Of a stretch of DNA of 35,903 nucleotides, positions 1 through 6,909 are shown piece by piece (position 1 is the first letter of the stretch; the number at the start of each line of letters is the position of its first letter). A program made the position numbers and the translations under genes. The notes beneath the pieces are model-generated. The model was not told the DNA's origin, searched no databases, and worked only from the letters and a program-made list of their open reading frames with translations. Origin of the DNA: a virus (Duplodnaviria > Caudoviricetes); IMG/VR virus record IMGVR_UViG_3300027963_000170, positions 1-35,903 of that record; one strand, 5' to 3'.

Positions 1-9
1 CTTGGCGCC

Positions 10-1527
10 ATGCAAGGCACGCCGACGCTGGAATACCTAACAGCCAAGCGCGGGATAAATGTCGAGACGCTCAAAACCTACAAGATCCGCAGCCACCGAC
101 GCGCTAGCGAGCACAACACCGACTTCGTCGCCTTCCAGTTTGCGACGCCAGACGGCGAAATGGTGATGCTCAAATCCACCGGCATCAAAACCAAGGCCGA
201 CGGCAAGAAGGATACTTGGACCACCGCACCCTTCTACACCCTATGGGGTTGGTGGACCGTAAAGCCGAGCGACCGGGCAATCATCATCACCGAAGGTGAA
301 TACGATGCCATGAGCGTGCATCAGCTAGACCCCGGAATGCCGGTTCTATCTCTCCCTGCCGGTGCCAGCAACCTCACGTGGATTGAAAACGACTTCGACA
401 CCCTGAGCCGCTTCGAAAAGGTGTATATCTGCACTGATGCCGACGACGCCGGCGAGAAGTGCGCACAGGAAATGGCCAAGCGACTAGGCCAAGCCCGATG
501 CTATCGCATTAAGCCGCCCGCCCCATACAAAGACGCGAACGAGTTTCTGACCCAATGCGACGACGAAACCCAAGGCATTCAACAGTGGATGGAGGCAGCA
601 ACCAGCTACGACCCGCCCACCCTACGCAGTTCCTCGACTTTTCGTGAGGATGTTAAGGCCCGAATCAAGCGCGAGTTGACCGAAGACGCGCAAAACACCT
701 TCGTCTTTTGCGACCTTGAGTTTCAATACCGCCCCGGTGAATGCACTCTACTCACCGGCTACACCGGCCACGGCAAAAGTGAGTTCATGTATCAGTCCCT
801 TGTCCACGAAATGGGGAATGGGGAAAAGGTTTGCATTGCGTCTATGGAGATCGACGCAGCCGAGATGATTTGCAACATCGGCACCCAGCTCATTGGCCAC
901 AAGCCCAAGACCGACACAGAGATTGACGTTGTGATCGACTGGCTTGACGGACGCCTTTGGTTTATCAGCCCGAAGGAGGGAGACGACGACAAGCCTACAA
1001 CCAGTGCCGAGCTGTTCAACGACTTCGACTACTCGGTCCGCCGATTTGGCGTTACCCGTGTCGCCATCGACTCTCTGATGTTTCTTGTCGGCAAGGAAGA
1101 CTACGACGCTCAGGACGCACTAGCCAAAGCCTGCCGCAACTTCTGCCGCAAGCGCCATCCGAACACCCACGTCATCCTGATTGCCCATTCCGCCATCAAG
1201 CAAGGAGAGGAAAAGATGCCAACCGCCAGCGCCGTGCAAGGGTCCACCGGAATCCTCGCGCCGTTCAACAACATCCTGACTGTCTGGCGAAACATTGAGA
1301 AGGAAGAGGCGATGGAGAAAGCGGAGGGAGATGCCATGAAGCAGAACGAGATTCGCCAGCAACATGACGGCATTATAAAGGTCTGGAAACAGCGCCGGAC
1401 TGGCAAGCGCCCACGCGCCCGCCTATGGTTCGACCTGGCCAGCAAACGATTTCGCACCAGCCCCGAAGACCGTTTGCCCCCAACCATCGCCACAGCCAAA
1501 GCAAAGCCTAGTGTTGACGACTTCTAA
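10..1527 (+). CDS. Primase-helicase (TOPRIM + SF4 helicase, T7 gp4/Twinkle-like), probably N-terminally truncated by the window
   Basis: TOPRIM motifs IITEGEYDAMS, CTDADDAG and KDANEFL; Walker A GYTGHGKS; Walker B AIDSL; ILIAH and GSTG SF4 motifs. The frame is open back to base 1 and no zinc-ribbon domain is seen, so the start may lie upstream. Confidence 0.93.
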   Translation: MQGTPTLEYLTAKRGINVETLKTYKIRSHRRASEHNTDFVAFQFATPDGEMVMLKSTGIKTKADGKKDTWTTAPFYTLWGWWTVKPSDRAIIITEGEYDAMSVHQLDPGMPVLSLPAGASNLTWIENDFDTLSRFEKVYICTDADDAGEKCAQEMAKRLGQARCYRIKPPAPYKDANEFLTQCDDETQGIQQWMEAATSYDPPTLRSSSTFREDVKARIKRELTEDAQNTFVFCDLEFQYRPGECTLLTGYTGHGKSEFMYQSLVHEMGNGEKVCIASMEIDAAEMICNIGTQLIGHKPKTDTEIDVVIDWLDGRLWFISPKEGDDDKPTTSAELFNDFDYSVRRFGVTRVAIDSLMFLVGKEDYDAQDALAKACRNFCRKRHPNTHVILIAHSAIKQGEEKMPTASAVQGSTGILAPFNNILTVWRNIEKEEAMEKAEGDAMKQNEIRQQHDGIIKVWKQRRTGKRPRARLWFDLASKRFRTSPEDRLPPTIATAKAKPSVDDF

Positions 1528-1856
1528 TGAGCCAGAATGTCGGCACAGTCCAAGTAAGGCCCGTGATCGGAGAATTAGGGCGCTTCTACGTCGAAAGCTG
1601 GGAGCGCCCCAATCAACCGCACATGGTAGACTTGCTCGCCCACCAAGGTCAGGGGTGCTGCTCATGCACTGACTGGCAGACGCGATGCCGCCCAAATCAG
1701 AAAGAGAACCCAATGGCATTTATCCCATACGGCACAGCCAAAGCGCCAAACCCCGAGCGCCATGCCTGCCGCCATGTCACCGCCGCCCGGTCCTTGTTCC
1801 TAAAAGAGATCCTGATAGGTTTGGCCAAGCAACACCGCGCTGGTGATGGAACGTGA
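1527..1856 (+). CDS. SWIM-type zinc-finger protein
   Basis: CSCTDW...CRH matches the SWIM CxC-xn-CxH pattern; TAATG coupling to the helicase stop. Confidence 0.7.
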   Translation: MSQNVGTVQVRPVIGELGRFYVESWERPNQPHMVDLLAHQGQGCCSCTDWQTRCRPNQKENPMAFIPYGTAKAPNPERHACRHVTAARSLFLKEILIGLAKQHRAGDGT

Positions 1857-2209
1857 AGCCACGCCATGCAACCCCCTACCAACCACCACAAGAACCGCCG
1901 CGAACAATGGCCGAACAAGCCCAATCCTTTATTGGTAAAATCGCCACGTTTTTCCCTAATCCTGCCGCAGTGACCAAGGGCATGACAGCCCCCGATTCCG
2001 TAATCTATGCCGGCCAAGTGACCGCGGCCGCATTTAACGGCCACAAGGGAGCCGGCAAAATCCCCGACTTTACCCTGACCGTTCGAGGAAAGACCGGAAA
2101 AACAGCCACCGTTTCCATTTACGACAACCACGTTCAAATCCACGACCTTTGGGACACTGCAATCTCTTATGCAAAATCCACCAGCCAACCTAGCCGATCT
2201 GTTCCCTAA
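1853..2209 (+). CDS. Hypothetical protein
   Basis: GTGA overlap with the upstream stop; globular, beta-rich sequence; alternative ATG near 1907. Confidence 0.65.
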   Translation: MKPRHATPYQPPQEPPRTMAEQAQSFIGKIATFFPNPAAVTKGMTAPDSVIYAGQVTAAAFNGHKGAGKIPDFTLTVRGKTGKTATVSIYDNHVQIHDLWDTAISYAKSTSQPSRSVP

Positions 2210-2606
2210 AGCATCGGCGTCATTCCTAAAACTCAATCAACCTACCAATGCCCCACAAAACACAGCTAGCAATCCCCCCATCCCCGCAATCAACACCCAA
2301 GGTGTTTTGCCTTCACATCCCAGCACCCCTCCCAAGCCTAAACGCAGTGCTCGCGCTCGGCCACTGGCAAAGAGCCAAGTTAAAGCGAACGATTCAAGAT
2401 TCTACCTTGTCCGCGTTACGAGCGTGCGAAGCCGCCTCATTGATACCGACAACCTGGTTCCCAAATGGCACATCGACGCCCTCCGTTACGCTGGAATCCT
2501 ACCTTCGGACGCTCCAGACAAAGCGAGAATTGAGACGAGCCAACGCAAAGCCAAAGACGGCGAAGCGCCGCACACGCAGATTCAGGTAATTGAGATAACA
2601 ACGTAA
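2169..2606 (+). CDS. rusA: RusA-like Holliday junction resolvase, catalytic (C-terminal) part
   Basis: VRVT..R.RLIDTDNLVPK..IDAL..AGILPSD matches the RusA DxDN..K...DAL...G...D signature; the usual N-terminal strand and helix are absent from this frame. Confidence 0.85.
   Translation: MQNPPANLADLFPKASASFLKLNQPTNAPQNTASNPPIPAINTQGVLPSHPSTPPKPKRSARARPLAKSQVKANDSRFYLVRVTSVRSRLIDTDNLVPKWHIDALRYAGILPSDAPDKARIETSQRKAKDGEAPHTQIQVIEITT
2248..2589 (+). CDS. Nested alternative-frame ORF encoding the RusA N-terminal strand/helix module plus a basic tail
   Basis: VFCLHIPAPLPSLN...HWQRAKLKRTIQDSTLSALRA resembles the RusA N-terminus (E. coli YSITLPWPPSNN, from memory); own ATG; open for 113 codons entirely inside 2169-2606. 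Confidence 0.7.
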   Translation: MPHKTQLAIPPSPQSTPKVFCLHIPAPLPSLNAVLALGHWQRAKLKRTIQDSTLSALRACEAASLIPTTWFPNGTSTPSVTLESYLRTLQTKRELRRANAKPKTAKRRTRRFR

Positions 2607-2666
2607 CCAATTTGGTAATTTTTATTCTTGCTTGCCCGCTATAATTCCAACTTAACCCACATTGCC

Positions 2667-2852
2667 ATGAAAAAAATCGCATTCAACGTCACGCCAGCGC
2701 AGTTCGACGCCTTCGAGAAATTGCGCAAAGCCGACACTATAACAAGTGAACCTAGGGCACCTTTTGCCCGTCGCCTGTTCCTAATTGGCCTAGTCCGATC
2801 AATGACCACCAATCAAATTGACGAAGCACTTAACAAAACTGACCAACAATGA
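2667..2852 (+). CDS. Probable ribbon-helix-helix DNA-binding protein
   Basis: MKKIAFNVT alternating beta strand followed by two helices; ATG at 2667 after an AT-rich gap with TATAAT at 2640-2645. Confidence 0.55.
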   Translation: MKKIAFNVTPAQFDAFEKLRKADTITSEPRAPFARRLFLIGLVRSMTTNQIDEALNKTDQQ

Positions 2853-3001
2853 GTTCACAATGCCATGGAGAATACTTGCTTTGGCGCGCCGCCGAGGGCC
2901 TACCCTATCCCGACGACGGCGACCACGCCGCCGCCGCTCAGGAGTTGGCGGAGGAATACTTTGAAGAAGCACCCCCAACCCAGCCCGAGAGGGCTGAATA
3001 A
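2849..3001 (+). CDS. Small acidic hypothetical protein (50 aa, not in the ORF track)
   Basis: ATGA coupling to the upstream gene; MSSQCHGEYLLWRAAEGLPYPDDGD...AE-stop fills the gap before 3014. Confidence 0.55.
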   Translation: MSSQCHGEYLLWRAAEGLPYPDDGDHAAAAQELAEEYFEEAPPTQPERAE

Positions 3002-3013
3002 ACAAACCATCAC

Positions 3014-3367
3014 ATGACTAAAGAAGAGGCCCTCAGGGCATACACTCACCACATCAACCTTTACTGGCATAACCACCATGCGATGCACAAAGCCAAAAAA
3101 GAAGTTGACGCTACTGTAAAAAACGCGACCACGCAACTAAAGGCAAAGGTTCGCAATCTTGTTAAGGGCACCAAATGGCATGTCAAAGAAGCCAAATGGT
3201 GGCACCTTATCGACCACAGCAGAAAACCAGTAACCGCATCCGTGCAAGGCACCATAGAACTGGATCGCTTGGAAACTGGTCTGGGCGGCAGCACGCTAAC
3301 CTTTCAGTTTAGCGAAGAGTCCACTGCTTTTATTTTGTCCGAAATTAAACGCATCACCAACCCATGA
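3014..3367 (+). CDS. Hypothetical protein
   Basis: 117-aa ORF in the operon, ATGA-coupled to the next gene. Confidence 0.65.
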   Translation: MTKEEALRAYTHHINLYWHNHHAMHKAKKEVDATVKNATTQLKAKVRNLVKGTKWHVKEAKWWHLIDHSRKPVTASVQGTIELDRLETGLGGSTLTFQFSEESTAFILSEIKRITNP

Positions 3368-3591
3368 AATCATACTACTATTGTTATCGCCCAGCCGGTT
3401 TTACCGCACCGCAGGTTAAACACGAATGCTTTACTACCGCAAAAACTGAGGCAGAGCGTTTGGCCGCAAAATACCCCGGCGAATCTATTGAGATCCTTCA
3501 GTGCATTGCAGTCTCCAAGATTGTTGCACCAGCCATCACAGTATTCATGACTGGATGCGAGCCCGCAAACGAAGCCACCGACAAATTTTGA
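3364..3591 (+). CDS. Small phage hypothetical protein
   Basis: P..KH....A..EAERLA.K.PG pattern typical of small phage proteins; last gene of the + block. Confidence 0.7.
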   Translation: MKSYYYCYRPAGFTAPQVKHECFTTAKTEAERLAAKYPGESIEILQCIAVSKIVAPAITVFMTGCEPANEATDKF

Positions 3592-3601
3592 CCCTAGGGT
3601 C
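3590..3601. repeat. Perfect 12-bp palindrome GACCCTAGGGTC at the convergence of the + and - gene blocks
   Basis: Self-complementary sequence read directly, overlapping the + block stop and running into the gap before the converging stop at 3613. Confidence 0.6.
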
Positions 3602-3612
3602 GCGCGGGCCTG

Positions 3613-3828
3613 TCAGGAATGCCCGGCGGTGTTCTTCCACTCCTCGCCGCCGTCGTCGTCGTCCTCGACCTCGCAGTCTGCGTTGGCCTGATCGGCGAGG
3701 ATGCGAATCATGCTGCGCGCGTGAGCCTCAATCACCTCCAGCGAGGTCTTGTCGGGCAATTCGACCGTTGAGTCATAGGAGCGTTCTCCGTCCGTCGCTT
3801 GGTGTCGAACGGTGAACGTGATTTTCAT
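3613..3828 (-). CDS. Small acidic hypothetical protein
   Basis: 71-aa ORF packed 2 nt after the previous stop; acidic C-terminus. Confidence 0.65.
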   Translation of the reverse strand: MKITFTVRHQATDGERSYDSTVELPDKTSLEVIEAHARSMIRILADQANADCEVEDDDDGGEEWKNTAGHS

Positions 3829-3830
3829 GA

Positions 3831-4067
3831 CTAATTCGGTGCGTAGAAATTGATCAGATGGCCATCGTATATCGACTGCGTCACGGTGATTTTACCTGCC
3901 TTTACCATGCGTTTCAACTCGATACTGGCTTGCTGCCAGCTGCGGTTGTTTAAGTCGGCATATTCGGCGACGCTCAGGTGCTTCGGGCTGGGCCTGCCAA
4001 CCTTCCGCTGCTTCATTAACTTTTCCCAGCCGGTGGGGACTGGGATCTTTTTCACGGTGTGGCTCAT
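3831..4067 (-). CDS. Winged helix-turn-helix-like small protein
   Basis: LSVAEYADLNNRSWQQASIELKRMVKAGKI followed by a beta wing; ATGA-coupled to the phosphoesterase. Confidence 0.6.
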   Translation of the reverse strand: MSHTVKKIPVPTGWEKLMKQRKVGRPSPKHLSVAEYADLNNRSWQQASIELKRMVKAGKITVTQSIYDGHLINFYAPN

Positions 4068-4882
4068 AGTGCTACGGAGTCAGGAGTTGGTGGTTCGAAG
4101 ATGCAGGAGCGCACGCGCGGAATCTCGCCAGATTCTTGACCTCGGAAATCGAGAGCGAAGACTCCAGGGTAGGTGCGAGCCTGAGAAACCACCTTGTGCC
4201 CAAAGCGAGTGAGCGCCTGCCACGGTGGCGAAACCACGACGATGCCCTTGTGGTTACCGCCGTGGTCGAACTTGTGGCGGTGGGCGCAACATAAAACCTT
4301 GGGCAGAGGATCTCCAGCGCGGGCGGCTTCGAGCTGTTCCTCGGCGAGTTGCACGCCTAGTTGCGTAAGGGACAGCGCGAGGCGGGTTGACGTGCCGATG
4401 TGGTGGCGGAACACGCAGCGCACGCCGTTGACGTCGAGTAGAAGGCGGTCCCATGCGCCGGCTCCGTCGGGCGCGGGTTGGGCGCGTAGTGCCTTGCCGA
4501 TGCTGTTTTCGATGCTACCCGTATGGCATTCAGTGCCTCGGACAAGAAACACCTTGGCGGCGGATTTTGCCAGCGGGGTGAGAAGGTCAATCGCGGCAGC
4601 GGCGTGGTCCGCGACGTCCGGCGATATGATTTGCATCGTCCGGTGATGGTTGCCCTCGATTAAGTCGCCATTGATGACAAGGGCGTATGGATCAGAGCCG
4701 GCGGTTTCGCGTATCCATGCGTCGGATACAAGCCAACATTTCCAAAACCATTTTTGGACCGCGTTAAGGGAAACCACGTTGCCCTCTAATGTCTGAAAAC
4801 CCGGCGGCAAAACCGCGAGGGTTGAGCCGCAATGCAAATCGCTCAAAACAAAAACAAGTTTTGGGCGTTGGTTGGTTTTCAT
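4064..4882 (-). CDS. Calcineurin-like metallophosphoesterase
   Basis: Metal-binding motifs SDLH, NGDLIEG, RGTECH (variant of GNH), RHH and AHRH. Confidence 0.88.
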   Translation of the reverse strand: MKTNQRPKLVFVLSDLHCGSTLAVLPPGFQTLEGNVVSLNAVQKWFWKCWLVSDAWIRETAGSDPYALVINGDLIEGNHHRTMQIISPDVADHAAAAIDLLTPLAKSAAKVFLVRGTECHTGSIENSIGKALRAQPAPDGAGAWDRLLLDVNGVRCVFRHHIGTSTRLALSLTQLGVQLAEEQLEAARAGDPLPKVLCCAHRHKFDHGGNHKGIVVVSPPWQALTRFGHKVVSQARTYPGVFALDFRGQESGEIPRVRSCIFEPPTPDSVAL

Positions 4883-4921
4883 AAAATGATCAGGTCTTCG
4901 TGCCTTCGAGGTGTGCTACTC

Positions 4922-5551
4922 TCAAACTGACCTTTCATCTTTTGTCATTGCCGTGTCCTGCGCATTCTTGCGCGAAGTCTCGGCGCACCAGATTTGCGGA
5001 GCCATCACCCGGTAATCCAACGGCAGGCCAGGCTTTACCCATGAGTCATCCTTCCAGACGATCCGGTTATTTGGCTGCGCAGCAATTTGACCAGAGCCGT
5101 CATTTAACAGCAAAACATGGTAGCACTTGTGCTCAGGCGGATAGTTGGAATACCCATTATCGGTATGGTCCAACGTGAACCAATACGTCGCCGGCACAGG
5201 TTGACCATTGCGCTTCTTAAACTGGCAGGTCATTTCCCTCAAATACTCGTAACGAGTAACCGAGAAATCCCAACCGTGGCAATCCCACATTTGCAGCTCG
5301 TTCAGGTCGTGCAATGGCGCGCCAGCGCTAGGTAACGCCCACCTAAGCATATGCAGAGGTATCCGCGCCCATTGCGCCCCGCTCTCGCACATAATGGAGA
5401 AATGCAACGCACGCGATGGAATCGACGTAACTCCAAACACAACCGCCTTGTCAAACTTGCCAGCTTCCGCAGGATCCAATCCCCTCAGAATTGAACGGTC
5501 AACATAACCGTAGAGGTGGTGGATGGATGCGTTGTGGCAATGATGATTCAT
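4922..5551 (-). CDS. Conserved phage hypothetical protein
   Basis: 209 aa, ATGA-coupled; motifs WDC, YWFTLD, EHKC.H and AAQPNNR resemble a family I recall from aquatic phages; function unknown. Confidence 0.75.
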   Translation of the reverse strand: MNHHCHNASIHHLYGYVDRSILRGLDPAEAGKFDKAVVFGVTSIPSRALHFSIMCESGAQWARIPLHMLRWALPSAGAPLHDLNELQMWDCHGWDFSVTRYEYLREMTCQFKKRNGQPVPATYWFTLDHTDNGYSNYPPEHKCYHVLLLNDGSGQIAAQPNNRIVWKDDSWVKPGLPLDYRVMAPQIWCAETSRKNAQDTAMTKDERSV

Positions 5552-5778
5552 TGCTTGCTGCCTTCTAAGTGAGCCACCCGTATCGACACCTCGGCAATCG
5601 CCGCCTCTGCCGCAACCACCCTAGCCCTCAGCTCGACCATTTCCCGTTCGGCTTGTTCATGCCGTTGCACCGCCAGCGCCGCAGCAGTTGCACCCGCCGT
5701 TTGTCCCTTGAGCATCCAGACGATGCCACCCAAGACAAGCGATGTCAGAATCGTGTTTACGTCGAGCGCGAGATTCAT
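5548..5778 (-). CDS. Single-TM plus coiled-coil membrane protein (holin/antiholin-like)
   Basis: N-terminal hydrophobic helix TILTSLVLGGIVWML followed by a coiled coil. Confidence 0.6.
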   Translation of the reverse strand: MNLALDVNTILTSLVLGGIVWMLKGQTAGATAAALAVQRHEQAEREMVELRARVVAAEAAIAEVSIRVAHLEGSKQ

Positions 5779-5957
5779 TTGGCCGCTTCCTTTAATGCCT
5801 CTTTACTGATATGAATAAGGATGTCGAATGCCTGTCCATACACCTCAGGCCCAAAACGCAACGGAATGCAGCCATCCTGGCCCCAGTCATAGGGCGGGAG
5901 ACCGCGACGGTAACGCTGATAGTCCTCGGCAATTTCAATGGCTTCTGAGAGTTTCAT
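5775..5957 (-). CDS. Small hypothetical protein
   Basis: 60 aa, ATGA-coupled on both sides. Confidence 0.6.
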   Translation of the reverse strand: MKLSEAIEIAEDYQRYRRGLPPYDWGQDGCIPLRFGPEVYGQAFDILIHISKEALKEAAK

Positions 5958-6442
5958 TTCGATTGAATGGTGGCGTTTGCGGCCGCATTCCCAAAACGAA
6001 TTGTGCTTTTGTCAACAGCACGCTGGCCGAACCACCAAGCAATCATCATTCCAGCATAGGTTCCAACCGTCATTGCCAACGTGATGCCCGGTTCGGACAC
6101 AGGTGGAAACACGCCAAACCAGAACGTAAACAGCAACGCCACCCAAGTAAGACCTGGCCGAGTAAACGCCCGGAACGATGTCACCCAACGATGCTCGCCG
6201 GCCAAAGCGGACTCGGCCCGTTGAGACTCGGTGAATGCGTCAGCCGCACCACGCTCCCGCGCCACGGCAATCTCGCCAGAGGTTTTGGCCGCGTTCAATT
6301 CGCCTTCCAGTCGCGTGCGCTCAATGAACTGACTATGTTCCTGCCGGCGCCGGAAGTAGCCAGCTACCTCGCCAAAGGCCGTGCCCACTAGGCCCAGCAC
6401 GCCACCCGACGCCACGTTTCCAAGGATAGATGTCCAGTCCAT
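5954..6442 (-). CDS. Holin-like protein (3TM holin type)
   Basis: Gly-rich N-terminal helix, soluble coiled region, then WV..FRA.TRP.LT and two TM helices ending WWFGQR. Confidence 0.75.
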   Translation of the reverse strand: MDWTSILGNVASGGVLGLVGTAFGEVAGYFRRRQEHSQFIERTRLEGELNAAKTSGEIAVARERGAADAFTESQRAESALAGEHRWVTSFRAFTRPGLTWVALLFTFWFGVFPPVSEPGITLAMTVGTYAGMMIAWWFGQRAVDKSTIRFGNAAANATIQSK

Positions 6443-6446
6443 GATG

Positions 6447-6908
6447 TTATTGTTTAGGTAATGGAAATAAAGCTACGGCAACGACCTTGCCGATGTAATT
6501 ATAGGGCGTCACAAAACCAAGACCCCCGTCAGGATTCCGATCGCCATAGGTGTTGTTTATGCCAAACGCCAGAAACCCCCGTTCATCCTGCTCTCCCAAA
6601 CGATGAATAATCAACTGACCAAACCTTGAGTAAATTACCACATTGCCCGACTTTAACTGGCTATACGGAGTTGAATCAGTGCCGGCGTAGGCGACGACAA
6701 TCTTGCGTCCCAATGGGTGCGCAGGAATCCAAGGCGCCATTGATCCGGTCCCGAGCACTGGCACAACTTTCAGTCCTCGATTGATGATGACTACCTTGGC
6801 CGTTGCCTCATTTGGAAACGATTCTGATTCAGGCAATGGCTCAAGGTGCGGCCCGCACCCAGCTAGCGCGAGAACCAGAACCGTTAAAACTACACGAATA
6901 GGCTTCAT
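6447..6908 (-). CDS. S26 signal-peptidase-like lipoprotein (Ser-His, SipW/Sec11 type)
   Basis: Signal peptide with lipobox LAGC; box B GTGSMAP; box C GNVVIY; box D IIHRL; box E GINN...D and YIGKV. Confidence 0.75.
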   Translation of the reverse strand: MKPIRVVLTVLVLALAGCGPHLEPLPESESFPNEATAKVVIINRGLKVVPVLGTGSMAPWIPAHPLGRKIVVAYAGTDSTPYSQLKSGNVVIYSRFGQLIIHRLGEQDERGFLAFGINNTYGDRNPDGGLGFVTPYNYIGKVVAVALFPLPKQ

Positions 6909-6909
6909 G

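Noticed and set aside
2178-2185. Single exact E. coli Chi complement (CCACCAGC)
   Set aside because: One 8-mer in 36 kb of C-rich DNA is expected by chance.
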